Source: a virus
Strand: one strand, 5' to 3'
DNA: 64,000 nt
IMG/VR virus record: IMGVR_UViG_3300031578_000009
Location: 1-64,000 of that record
In this document: positions 20,991 through 32,100 of the stretch, one piece after another
How positions within the stretch are numbered: the stretch's first letter is position 1
How the letters are laid out: the number at the start of each line of letters is the position of its first letter
Program-made: the position numbers and the translations under genes
Notes under the pieces: model-generated
The model's database searches: none
What the model saw: the letters and a program-made list of their open reading frames with translations, nothing else
What the model was told of the DNA's origin: nothing

Positions 20991-23900
20991 AGATATATAC
21001 AGGCCCAGAAAGGGTATAGATGTAGATTCTGCATTTAATGTTAGAGACAATGATAATTTATATATGGCCAAGAATCTTCGCCCTAATAGTGCAGAAGAAC
21101 TAAATCTTGGCCAATATACTAATATTAAAGGTCCTAATGTTATATTAAATTCTACTTCTACATATAGCATTATTAAAATACACAAGATACTTGACAATAT
21201 TATATTATTTGTAAAAAAAACTACATATCCAACTACTGATATATTATGCTTAATTAAAGAATCTGCATTGCCATTAAATGGAGAAGGAGCTATTACATTA
21301 GTTCCAGATCAATATTATTGGTCAGGATTTGGGACTGGTCATAAAATTATATCTGGAGATTTTGGTTTTGATGTTGATGAAAAAATTCAAGTTAAATCAT
21401 ATTATGAAGGTAGTGAAACAATTAAGATATATTGGACTACAGCAGGAGAGCCATTAAGAGCTTTAAATATAATATATACTTCTGGTAAAAACGATCCAAG
21501 TGCTTATTCTGCTTCTGATTTAATTGCTACTCCAAACTCTGATTTATCTATACCAGTAATCAATCAAACTGTAAGTGGAAATTTATTATGTGGTAAAATA
21601 TATTATGCATATAAATTAGTTAATTCTATCGGAGCAGAAACTGCACTAAGTGAATTAAGTTTTCCATTTCATCTCACAAAGTCTAATGATAATTTATCTA
21701 CTGATTATGACTATAAGGGGTATGGATTTGATGTAAATTCCGATAAAGGCACTAATATTACTATAAGTTCAATAGATTCATCATTTAGTAGAGTTAAAGT
21801 ATATTCTATTCATTATATAGATGATGTATCATTACCAGTAATAAAACTAATATATGATAATTCTGCAACAGATAGTTTAACTATAAATGATACTGGCAAT
21901 GCTATATTAGAATTATCTGCTGAGGAATTTATAGCAATAAATAATTTATATAGCATAAATGGACAACTTGAAATAAAAAACAATCATTTATTTATAGCTA
22001 ATTATACAGAAGAATATTTTGACATAGATGAAGTTGCTCCTGGAGGATATTGGGACGCAAGGGCTTATAGATTTAGCTCAACACCAATAGCAAGAATATA
22101 TGATGTAGATTTTTCAACACATATTGATATAGATAATTCATCTGTTAATTATGAAGATGTACCAACTGATCATGATTGTGCTGTATTTTCAAATGATATA
22201 AGTAGAAATCTTACTGATATTTATAAATATCAAAGCGATGGTTCTACAATGGGGGCTTCTGGACTGAATATTACAATTACTCAAATAAATACTGGTGGAG
22301 TGCATCCCGATTATTCAAATGAAAATATAAAATGGTATGCTAAAAAAGCTAGTGGATTATCTGCTTTTACGACAAAGAGTTATGACAATTACTCCAATCC
22401 GATTATAGATTCGAGATATAAATCATTTATTCCAGAAGAAGTATATAGGCTTGGAATACAATTTAAACGATCCAGAGGTGGTCAATATTCTTATCCAAAA
22501 TGGATTTGTGATTACAAATATAACTATGACTATAATATAGATATGTTTGTTTATTATGGTGGTAAACAAATAGGATTTAGAGTACAAAATTTATCATTTA
22601 CAGTAAGTAATATACCTACTGATCCAGATACAGGAGCTGCTTATGAATGGAGAATAGTTTATGTTCCAATAACTGATACAGATAGAAGTGTATATTGGGG
22701 ATTATTTAATACTTTACACAAATCCTCATCTACAGATACGCATTTAAGACCAGTATTTTTACAGTATTACTCAAATGATCATGAAGATGGGTCTTCATAT
22801 GTTAGTAAGAATTTAGAGTTTGTAAGTCCAAATTATTGTATTGGCGATAAAAATGATTATAAATATTTCAAAATATTTAAATATGGAGACATTGTAGATG
22901 TTCAAGGTGGATATACTAATAAATATAAAGCTTTAGTCTATAAAATATATGATTGGACTACTAATGCTGATTCTTCAAGAACTGAAGTTGTAAATCAATA
23001 TGATATAGATTATAATATTGATATTGAAGAAGAAGTTTCCCTTGATGGTTCTAATACATTACACAGAACAGCTTATTCTATCAAATATGATTCTGGATAT
23101 ACAGATCCAGATGTACTGATTATTGGATATGCTAATAAAGGTAGATGTCAAATTATTGCACAAGCTGGAGTAACTCCAGCATATGATAAAATATATTGGG
23201 GCTGTACATATGTAGATAATTTTACATCAAGATATGGTGGTGCATCATATGAGGCAAGACAAAATAATGGATATATTCCACTAAGTTCATTTACTAATAC
23301 TACTAAAAAAGTATATGGAGATGCTTATTTAGGCTTATTTGAGTACCTCAGATTGATAAGTGAAAATACAACAACTGGATATGTACATGATCAAAATAAA
23401 TGGGCTATGCCTGAAATACTAATATTTCCAGCAATAACAAATATAAATCTTGCATTAAGAAGTGATGATTTCTTTACAAAAATATATACAAAGAATTCAT
23501 CATATGCAATACATGAATATAGTGGAGTTTATGAAACATATTTTCCGAATGATGGAGACGCAACATTGTTTACCCAAGAAACTGATCTATATTTATACAA
23601 TAATACTTACTCAAGAAAACAAGACTTATTTAAACATTATCCAAAACAAGATATATCAAGCACATCTAATGAATTTAATGCCAGAATTATTGCTTCTCAA
23701 AATAAAATTATAGGAGAACAGTCTGATTCATTCTTAAAAATCCAACCATCAAACTATATAGATGTAGATGGTCAATATGGAGAAATTAAATTGCTTAAAG
23801 TATTTAACGATAGATTATTCTTTTTTCAACAGAATGCATTTGGTGTAGTTTCTACTAATGAGAAAGCATCTACTAGCACAACAGATGGATCTACTTTAAT

Positions 23901-24741
23901 AGTAGGAGAAATTGGTTTATTAGCAAGAAGAGATTATATATCAATTAAAAATGGTATAAGTAGCGATAGACATGTATGTACTACAAATACGGGATTATAT
24001 ATCATAGATAGTGTTAGAAAACAACTATTAAGATTTGGTGATGGATTAGAGAAAATATCTATCACAAAGAATGTAGATAGTCTTACAAGAGTAAAAGATT
24101 GGGAAAATGGATTTGTAATGTATAATAGAAAATATGATGAAGTATTATTTTTCTACTATGATACATCCTGGAATGCTTTAGTTTATAATGAAAGAATACA
24201 ACAGTTTACTGGAATATATACTTATGCAGATCAATTACTTGATTCAGTTGAAATTAACAGAGAAGATCTGTATGATGAATTAGTATTAAATAATTCAGAA
24301 GATCTAATGGTTTTAAATGATGGAAATTACAATAGATTTTCATTTGCATCATATCCAAGTGAAATAACCTTCTTAATATCAACAAAAGATGAATCTATTG
24401 TACTATATAATGTAATAGAATTTATATTAGAACAGTTTGATTCTGGTATGCTACCTGTAGATTTTATGAGTTCAATAAGATTCCAAACTAAGACTCAAGA
24501 TTCTGGGTGGCTTGGATTTTCCAGTAATACTAAATTAAAATTTGGAAAATACAGAACAAATAAATTAAGAGATTATGCAGATACTAATTCAAGAATATTA
24601 TCTGATCATTTATATGTTACAATTAAAACTGGAACAAATAGTAGATTTGATGGTGGATTAGGGCATACTGTATATGATAATTACAGAGTTTTCTTTAGAG
24701 ATTTGATTGTAAACTTTACCGAATATAATTGGTTTGAATAG
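20983..24741 (+). CDS. Tail stabilisation/muzzle protein (P22 gp10-like)
   Basis: 1252 aa; EVYRLGIQF, YGG.SYEAR, GDAY, NYIDVDGQYGEI and FFQQNAFG motifs; follows the tubular protein. Confidence 0.8.
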   Translation: MAKDIYRPRKGIDVDSAFNVRDNDNLYMAKNLRPNSAEELNLGQYTNIKGPNVILNSTSTYSIIKIHKILDNIILFVKKTTYPTTDILCLIKESALPLNGEGAITLVPDQYYWSGFGTGHKIISGDFGFDVDEKIQVKSYYEGSETIKIYWTTAGEPLRALNIIYTSGKNDPSAYSASDLIATPNSDLSIPVINQTVSGNLLCGKIYYAYKLVNSIGAETALSELSFPFHLTKSNDNLSTDYDYKGYGFDVNSDKGTNITISSIDSSFSRVKVYSIHYIDDVSLPVIKLIYDNSATDSLTINDTGNAILELSAEEFIAINNLYSINGQLEIKNNHLFIANYTEEYFDIDEVAPGGYWDARAYRFSSTPIARIYDVDFSTHIDIDNSSVNYEDVPTDHDCAVFSNDISRNLTDIYKYQSDGSTMGASGLNITITQINTGGVHPDYSNENIKWYAKKASGLSAFTTKSYDNYSNPIIDSRYKSFIPEEVYRLGIQFKRSRGGQYSYPKWICDYKYNYDYNIDMFVYYGGKQIGFRVQNLSFTVSNIPTDPDTGAAYEWRIVYVPITDTDRSVYWGLFNTLHKSSSTDTHLRPVFLQYYSNDHEDGSSYVSKNLEFVSPNYCIGDKNDYKYFKIFKYGDIVDVQGGYTNKYKALVYKIYDWTTNADSSRTEVVNQYDIDYNIDIEEEVSLDGSNTLHRTAYSIKYDSGYTDPDVLIIGYANKGRCQIIAQAGVTPAYDKIYWGCTYVDNFTSRYGGASYEARQNNGYIPLSSFTNTTKKVYGDAYLGLFEYLRLISENTTTGYVHDQNKWAMPEILIFPAITNINLALRSDDFFTKIYTKNSSYAIHEYSGVYETYFPNDGDATLFTQETDLYLYNNTYSRKQDLFKHYPKQDISSTSNEFNARIIASQNKIIGEQSDSFLKIQPSNYIDVDGQYGEIKLLKVFNDRLFFFQQNAFGVVSTNEKASTSTTDGSTLIVGEIGLLARRDYISIKNGISSDRHVCTTNTGLYIIDSVRKQLLRFGDGLEKISITKNVDSLTRVKDWENGFVMYNRKYDEVLFFYYDTSWNALVYNERIQQFTGIYTYADQLLDSVEINREDLYDELVLNNSEDLMVLNDGNYNRFSFASYPSEITFLISTKDESIVLYNVIEFILEQFDSGMLPVDFMSSIRFQTKTQDSGWLGFSSNTKLKFGKYRTNKLRDYADTNSRILSDHLYVTIKTGTNSRFDGGLGHTVYDNYRVFFRDLIVNFTEYNWFE

Positions 24742-24749
24742 ATATTATA

Positions 24750-24781
24750 TTTGTAAAATAATAACCTAATATATAAATTTG
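24750..24781 (+). promoter_or_regulatory. Bacteroidota-type promoter for the cargo/RNAP block
   Basis: TTTG (24750-24753), 20-nt spacer, TAAATTTG (24774-24781). Confidence 0.7.
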
Positions 24782-24798
24782 CATTAAATATAAATAAC

Positions 24799-25779
24799 AT
24801 GTATAAACAACGTCTTCCACAATATGCATTCGGTGATTGGTTAAAGGATAATGGCATGAGTATGATGATGGGACCTGCTGGATTAATAGCAAACAAATTA
24901 TCTCATGGTAAGATTAATGATTTTTTAAGTGAACATGCCGGAGCAATTGGTAGTATTGGTGGAGCTGCTGTAGGTACTGCATTAGGTGGCCCTGCTGGTG
25001 GAGCTATGGGGGCTTCTATAGGTGGAGCTGCTGGAGGGTTCGTTCAGAATAACTATCAGCAAGATGAGCAAGCTAGTGAGGAAGAAAAACAGATGCAGCA
25101 AATGCAATTTAGGAATAGGATTAATATGGCCAATCAAAGATTATCTAACAACAACTTTCAAGGTAATAATTTTGGTGGTACAAGTAATTTTGCAGGTGGT
25201 GGTAGACTAAATCCAATTCAGCCTAATAATGTAGGAACTGTTACACAACCAAATAGAAATTTAAGCATTCCATATAATAGAGTTAATCAATTAGCAACTG
25301 CAACATTTGGTACAACTTCAGATCCATTTGGAGAATATTTTAATGCAGTAGATAGAAGTTTGACTCCTACTACTCAAAACTTTATCTATAATAGAACTGG
25401 AGCAACTTCACCTGAAGAAGCTGCTGTTAAAGAAACATTAAATAGTTCACCAAGAACATTTTTTTCTACTGATAATAAAGGAGTAAATAGATTAATTCCA
25501 ACAACTCAGATTCCATTAGACAAAGCTATACAAGCTAAGAAATTTATTACTGATTTATATAATAGAGGTCAAATTAAATACGCCAATGGTGGTGAACTAA
25601 GAACTTATAGTGGACAGACTCATAGTGGATCTCAAGGTGGTATAATGGTTGATCAGCTAGGAAATCCATCAGTAATTAACAATACTGAACCAGTTGGCAA
25701 AGTTGAGAATAATGAGACAGTTTGGACTGATCCAGAGACAAAACAAGAATATATATTTAGCGATAGACTTACATTATAA
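24799..25779 (+). CDS. Ejected cargo protein, N-terminal part, with glycine-zipper TM segment
   Basis: GAIGSIGGAAVGTALGGPAGGAMGASIGGAAGG; G.TH..SQGGI...VENNET...YIFSDRL motif typical of crAss cargo proteins. Confidence 0.65.
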   Translation: MYKQRLPQYAFGDWLKDNGMSMMMGPAGLIANKLSHGKINDFLSEHAGAIGSIGGAAVGTALGGPAGGAMGASIGGAAGGFVQNNYQQDEQASEEEKQMQQMQFRNRINMANQRLSNNNFQGNNFGGTSNFAGGGRLNPIQPNNVGTVTQPNRNLSIPYNRVNQLATATFGTTSDPFGEYFNAVDRSLTPTTQNFIYNRTGATSPEEAAVKETLNSSPRTFFSTDNKGVNRLIPTTQIPLDKAIQAKKFITDLYNRGQIKYANGGELRTYSGQTHSGSQGGIMVDQLGNPSVINNTEPVGKVENNETVWTDPETKQEYIFSDRLTL

Positions 25780-25782
25780 AAT

Positions 25783-27069
25783 ATGAATAATAAGATAACA
25801 TTTAGCGAACAAGCCAAACGAATCAAGGCTAAATACTATAAAAATAGAAAACCTGGAGAAGATTCCATGACTGATGAAGCATTTAATCGTGAAATGAAAC
25901 AATTAATGCTAAAACAAGAAGCAGTTAAGCCTAAAGAATCAAATGATCAGGATGAAGATGATTCGCAATTTGCAAATCAAGAATATGGCAATGGTGGTTC
26001 AATACATATAAAAAAGTCGCACGAAGGTAGATTTACTGAATATAAAAAACGTACTGGTAAAACTACAGAAGAAGCTTTACATAGTAAAGACCCTCATGTA
26101 AGACAGATGGCAAACTTTGCAAAAAATGCTGCAAAATGGCATCATGCTGATGGTGGATTCCTGGATGTATTTGATAATAGTAATGGTATGCCTGTATATT
26201 GGGGACCAAATGATACTAATGGATATAGTAATTTTTTACAAAATTCTGGTACATACAATCCAATTAATACAGATTATTCTAATTTTGGAAATAATGCATT
26301 TTATAATCCAAATGAATTTAGTTCACAAGGATTTGATGAAAATGGATTAAATTTTAATGATAATACTGTTGTTAATGATATAGTTCCTGATTTAAAAACT
26401 AATAATAGTTTTAATTATTCACCAACAGCTAATGTATTAGGGCCAGCAATTGCTATTGGAACAAGTGCTATAGCTTCTGGATTATTAGCAAACAATAATA
26501 AAAGAAGAATGGATAGCTTGTTATCTGGAATTAGTTTAGGCAGGGTAAATCCACAACAAATTGATTTAGGTAGAGAAAGAACTAATATTAGGTCAAATGC
26601 AGCATTATCTGATTCTGGTGGTAGATATATTGCTAAGAATGCAACAAGTGCATCAGAAGCTGCTAATATAGCAAATTCAGCCAGAATAAATGCACAAAGA
26701 ACATCTGGTAGTTTATTAGGGAACTCATATCAAAGAGAAGCAACTACTAATGCTGAGATGAGAGCAAGAGCTGATGAAGAAAATATGAGGTTAGGCAATC
26801 AAGAGCAACAAATGAAAATGGGAATTGAATCTCAATATGGTGGACAGAATGATAGAATCTGGAGTGATTTTGCTAAGTCTACTGGACAATCAATTGCCGG
26901 ATATATGGGAGAAAATCAACAAATGAGAAATGATTATAATTTTCTTCAAGCATATCAACCAAACATGGACTTGAGCTATGATATACCAAATAATTTAACT
27001 GATTGGGAAAAATTCAAATATTATTCAGGTATGAAAACTCCTAATAGGAAAATAACTGCAAGGCATTAA
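25783..27069 (+). CDS. Ejected cargo protein, C-terminal part
   Basis: TFSEQAKRI...LMLKQE, IHIKKSH.GRF...ANFAKNA.KW and N/Q/A-rich coiled region; in frame with the upstream ORF. Confidence 0.65.
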   Translation: MNNKITFSEQAKRIKAKYYKNRKPGEDSMTDEAFNREMKQLMLKQEAVKPKESNDQDEDDSQFANQEYGNGGSIHIKKSHEGRFTEYKKRTGKTTEEALHSKDPHVRQMANFAKNAAKWHHADGGFLDVFDNSNGMPVYWGPNDTNGYSNFLQNSGTYNPINTDYSNFGNNAFYNPNEFSSQGFDENGLNFNDNTVVNDIVPDLKTNNSFNYSPTANVLGPAIAIGTSAIASGLLANNNKRRMDSLLSGISLGRVNPQQIDLGRERTNIRSNAALSDSGGRYIAKNATSASEAANIANSARINAQRTSGSLLGNSYQREATTNAEMRARADEENMRLGNQEQQMKMGIESQYGGQNDRIWSDFAKSTGQSIAGYMGENQQMRNDYNFLQAYQPNMDLSYDIPNNLTDWEKFKYYSGMKTPNRKITARH

Positions 27070-27073
27070 TATT

Positions 27074-29188
27074 ATGAGAAATAGAAATAATTATAATCCA
27101 TATACGCAAAACTATATAGCTCCAGTAAATGAGGCTAATATGGTTTATGAGCCAACATATGATCCTTCTGAAGCTGATAAATGGGCAAATTTATTACAAC
27201 AAAGGCAACAGCGTTATGATGCAGGAAGACAGCAATTATCTCAAGCTGAAGCTCAGTTTGGTGGTATGGAAACTCAAGCTCCAGATATATTGCAACAGCG
27301 TGTAAATGATTTTACTACAAATGTTGAAGATATGGTTTCAAAGCATTATAATGGAGATTATGGATTAGCTGTAAATGATATATATAAACAAATTGCTAAA
27401 GAAAGATCTAATCCATTTTATAAATATATAGCAGAACAAAATAATCAGGCTAAAATGTTACAGGAAGCTAAATTAAGGAATCCTGATTCATTTTATACAT
27501 ATAATAATAACACATTAAGTCCACAAGAGCAATTATTAAAAGCTCAACAAACTGGAGACGTATCAGTATTCCAACAAAATTTTGGATATAAACCAGATAC
27601 GTATGCTCTTGCTGAAAAACAATTAAGTAATGTTAGAGCAAATTCATTTGACAATTTAGTATCAGATTGGACGGATTCAGAAAAAGCTGGATTGGCTAAG
27701 GCTGGTATAATCAATGTGGATAAGTTATTAAAAGGATACAAATCTGCTGGAATAAGTCAATCAAGATTAGACAGTTTAAAAGAATCTATGGCTCAATCTA
27801 TGCTTAATCAAACTCCATATTTTGAACACATGTATAGTAATGAACAAGTTCAAGTTGGTGAAGATAAACAAGGTAATCCAATTATGAAACCAAGAGCATT
27901 GGTTGAAGCAGAAAAAGTAATTGAACAAGCTTCTCCACAATTTGTATTTAATCAAGTTGATAAAAATATTCAGAATCTTAATGGTAAAAGTGGATCTGGT
28001 GGTAAAACTCCATTTTCACTACAAAGATCTGTTAGTGGAGATCCAATAATTGATAAATCAACTCAATCGAGCATTAATGGATTAATTGATAACATAACAA
28101 AATATAATATTGATTTAGATAATCCTCAGTTTAAAGATTCTAAAATAGCTGATTTATTTAAAGCACATGCTGGGTATAGAACTAGTGAGTCTGAAACTAT
28201 GGGGAATATTTCAGACAAGATTCCAGTATTAAATTCTATATTTGAAGCAATGAATGTTAAAATGCCAGAATCAGTGTCAAACTTAATATCAGAAGTTGAA
28301 CCAACTGGTGTATTACATGCTGCTCAATTATATAAGAATTTGACCGGATTATATAGTAAAGCTTCAAGTTTAGAAAGTAAATTAGCATTAGGTCTTGCTA
28401 AACAACTTACTGGAGAATCAACTGTTGCTGATGCTAAAGATTTTGTAAAAACATTTGAAACAAAATATGGTATTAATTTAGATGGAATGTCAACTAAAGA
28501 TAAATTTGCAATTGCAACTCAAGCTTCTTTGGGAGAAACAGCAGTACAGGGACAGTTAATACCACTTGGAGAAACTTCAACTGAAGGTTATTATAATACA
28601 CAAAGATTAAATAAAAATCTTGATAGCGGAACTATTAATTTTGATATATATGTTAAAGAAGATAATGGTAATATGAAACAAGTTCCATTTGAAAAAATAC
28701 ATAAGGAGTTAAGTCTTCCAAGTGATTTTAAATTCTCTGATTTTAAAGCATCTACATTTAATCCATCAACTGGAAGATTAAGAGCAAATTATTATGATTA
28801 TAAAGATAAAAAATTCAAATCTATTGAGTTTACAGATCAAACTATAAAGAATCAAATGAGGCCAATAGAAAGATTAAATCAACAGATGAATTCAAGAAAA
28901 GATCAAAATTCTCCAGCTAAAGGATTTGGTATAACTGATTATTCTTATGAAGGCGGTAATGGTAAATTAATTTCAGCTTATGATTTTACTCAAGATCAAA
29001 ATGGTGCAGTTAAACTAATTAAGAGAACTTCATTTGTTCCTTCTGATGTACAAACTCCAAAAACAAGAAAAGAAGCATTAGAATTAATACATAAATATAA
29101 TTTTGATAATAATGGTAATTTATTACCAAATGCAAACATAGGAGAATTGGAAGATTACTCTGTTGCTTTAATGAATCAAATTAACTAG
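27074..29188 (+). CDS. Ejected cargo protein
   Basis: 704 aa, Q/N-rich helical; lies between the cargo genes and the RNAP. Confidence 0.55.
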   Translation: MRNRNNYNPYTQNYIAPVNEANMVYEPTYDPSEADKWANLLQQRQQRYDAGRQQLSQAEAQFGGMETQAPDILQQRVNDFTTNVEDMVSKHYNGDYGLAVNDIYKQIAKERSNPFYKYIAEQNNQAKMLQEAKLRNPDSFYTYNNNTLSPQEQLLKAQQTGDVSVFQQNFGYKPDTYALAEKQLSNVRANSFDNLVSDWTDSEKAGLAKAGIINVDKLLKGYKSAGISQSRLDSLKESMAQSMLNQTPYFEHMYSNEQVQVGEDKQGNPIMKPRALVEAEKVIEQASPQFVFNQVDKNIQNLNGKSGSGGKTPFSLQRSVSGDPIIDKSTQSSINGLIDNITKYNIDLDNPQFKDSKIADLFKAHAGYRTSESETMGNISDKIPVLNSIFEAMNVKMPESVSNLISEVEPTGVLHAAQLYKNLTGLYSKASSLESKLALGLAKQLTGESTVADAKDFVKTFETKYGINLDGMSTKDKFAIATQASLGETAVQGQLIPLGETSTEGYYNTQRLNKNLDSGTINFDIYVKEDNGNMKQVPFEKIHKELSLPSDFKFSDFKASTFNPSTGRLRANYYDYKDKKFKSIEFTDQTIKNQMRPIERLNQQMNSRKDQNSPAKGFGITDYSYEGGNGKLISAYDFTQDQNGAVKLIKRTSFVPSDVQTPKTRKEALELIHKYNFDNNGNLLPNANIGELEDYSVALMNQIN

Positions 29189-29194
29189 TATTTT

Positions 29195-32100
29195 ATGAAT
29201 CCATTTGATATAAAAAATATAAATCCACAAACTGGATTAACTGAACCTTTACAAACAAATAATCCATTTAAAAATATTAGAGGATCTCAATTTGGCCCTG
29301 TTAAAGCTGGTCAATATGGTGTTGGGGAATATTCAAGAGATAAGAATTTGAATTTCTCTGATGTTGTAGAGCAGCCAGATGAATTACAATATAAAAGAGC
29401 TGGACTACAATCTAATGCAGAATTAATTGGTAAATTTCTCGGACAAGCTGCAACTGAATCTACTCTTGGAGCTATTGAATCAGTAGGATATTTATTGGAT
29501 TTTGAAGACTTATTTAATACAGATGATATGGCTTCAAGAGATTTTGATAATGTATTTGCTAAATGGGTTAGAGGTAAAAAAGAAAGAGTTAATGATAAGT
29601 TTTTTCATATTTATAAATCAAAAGTTGCAGAGAATGGAACTCTTGGCCAGAAGTTAGGAGACAAAACCTGGTGGGCTTCACAAGGAGATACTTTTGGACA
29701 AAGTATGACCATGATGTTGCCGGCTATAGGAATAGCTGGATTAACTTCTGGAATAATGAAATCTGCTGGATATGGAGCAAAAATATTAAAAGCAGCTAAA
29801 ACAGCAGAAGAAATTGCTCAGGCTACTAATAAAATCGGAGAAGGAATCAATGCTATATCAGGACTTACTGCTGGTTTGACTTCTGCAAAGATTGAAGCAG
29901 CTGTGGAAGCTACAGATGCTTATAGAACTAACTATCAGAATTTCTTAAATGATCCAGATGTAATACAAAAATCATTAGCTCAATATAAACCAGAATATGA
30001 TCAATTGCAATCTGAATATGAAAAATTAAGTCAAACTTTATATAATCCATCTAACGAAGATTATCCAGTTAAAGAGGCTGGACGTAGACAAAAAATGTCT
30101 CAACTTGAGCAACAGATGGATCACATTAAAGATATTACACATGGCTCATTAGATCATACAGCAAGAGAGATGGCTGGTGAAGCTGCATCTTTAGTATATA
30201 AAGCAAATGCTATCAAAGCTCCATTAGAAGTTGCTCAATGGATGGTTGGATTAAAATCATTTGAAAAACTTAAGGGTGGATTAGAAGCAGTTAAAGAATC
30301 TAAAGTTGGGACTATTGCAGAACATATATTCCAACCTGCATCAGAAACATTTGAAGAAGGTTGGCAAGGATTTGCTCAAGTAGATGCTACTCATTCAGTA
30401 AAAACTGGTGAACAATTTTTAGGTGGAGAAGATGTTGGTCAAAGAATTAAAGACTATCAGAAAACAGAAGATGCTAAAGAATCTGAGTTTCTAGGTGGTC
30501 TAATGGGTATCGTATTTGATTATGGTGCAAGATATGGTGGCAAAGTTCTCAAAAATATTAATAAAACAATTAAGAAATCTACAGAAGATCCTACTATTAC
30601 TAAACCAGAATATAAGGCTATTCAGAATAACAATCATAAAGAAGCATTTATTAATGCATATGAAAATGATGGTATTAAAGGTATAAATAGTCTAATAAAT
30701 AATATACAATCTGCAAGTGAAGATATATTAAAGAATGAACAATTATCAGATGCAGATAAAGAAGAAGTTAAGTCTGGCCTTGAAAAAGCAAATGAATTAA
30801 ACAAATTTATTCAGGAGAAAGATAATTTCTTATCCAATGATCCAAGATTTCAAAATCAACAACTAAAATCTGCTTATGTAAAAGCACAACTTGAAGATAA
30901 GATGTATCAGGATGATGTTGATGTTATGAATCAGTACATGTCTGAGAGATTAAATAATTCAGGATTAGAAGCTCAACATTCAAAGGTTTATGAAAATTTA
31001 ATATCAATTCAAAGTTTAAAAGCTGCTCAGAATGAATTATTAAAAGAACAATCTTTAACTAAAGAAGAAAAAGATAATATTAAATCTCATGTTGAAGAAA
31101 AAATCAATAATATCAAAACTGAAAATGATGCACTTGTAAAATCCATTAAAGAAACAAATCCTAAATTTGATGTTAAAAAATTAGCTCCAAGAGATTCACA
31201 TGAGATTATTAAATATAACAGAAACAAAATCAAATCTGAAGTTTATAGAGAAGCTGTGACCCAACAAAGAATTAACAAATTTAATAATCTTAAATTAGAA
31301 GATGTCCAAGCAGCAATTTCTGAATCAGAATCAGAAAATAACAGATCTGATTTTGCAATTAATTCTGATGCATTAAAAAAGATTAACAATACAAGTGAAT
31401 TAAGAGTTTTTGAATCTCAAATATCAAAGAATAATCCTGTAGTATATGATAAATTAAAACCTGTAATTGAAGCTAAGAAAGCTGAATTACAAGTATCGGA
31501 AGATAAGACTAAAATTGCTACTATACAAGAAACTAATTTTAGAAAGTTATCAGATAAAGTAAATAATATGCAGACTAAGCAGGAATTAGAAACTGCTAAA
31601 GTTCAACTTGAATCTGATAATAAGAAAACTATTAATGACAATCATAAACAAGAACTATTTAAACAAATTGATAATAAGCTTTCTACTATTACAGAAGAAC
31701 CTAAAATAGTCAAAGCTAAAACTAAATCTGGTAATGAAATCATTGGAGAATTATCTTATACCAAAACTGGTAAACCAATGATTAAGAAAGAAGGTAATAA
31801 ATCTTCTACTCTCGTAGATCCAGAAACTATTGAAGAATTAAGTAAACAATCTCAACCAGAAGATATTGAAGCCCAAAAAGCTAATATTGAGAAAAGAAGA
31901 AATGCTGAAATAGCTAACCCTTATAAAATGTTACATGATTCTAATATAAAAAAGGGAACTGAATTATTTAGAAGAGCAACATCAGAAGAAGAATATTTTG
32001 ATCCAAATAGTAGATTTGTTTCATTAGGTAAAATAAAAGCGCTCAAAACAAATTCTAATGGAAACAATTTACAAGGCGTTTTAGTTGGTGATAGATGGCT

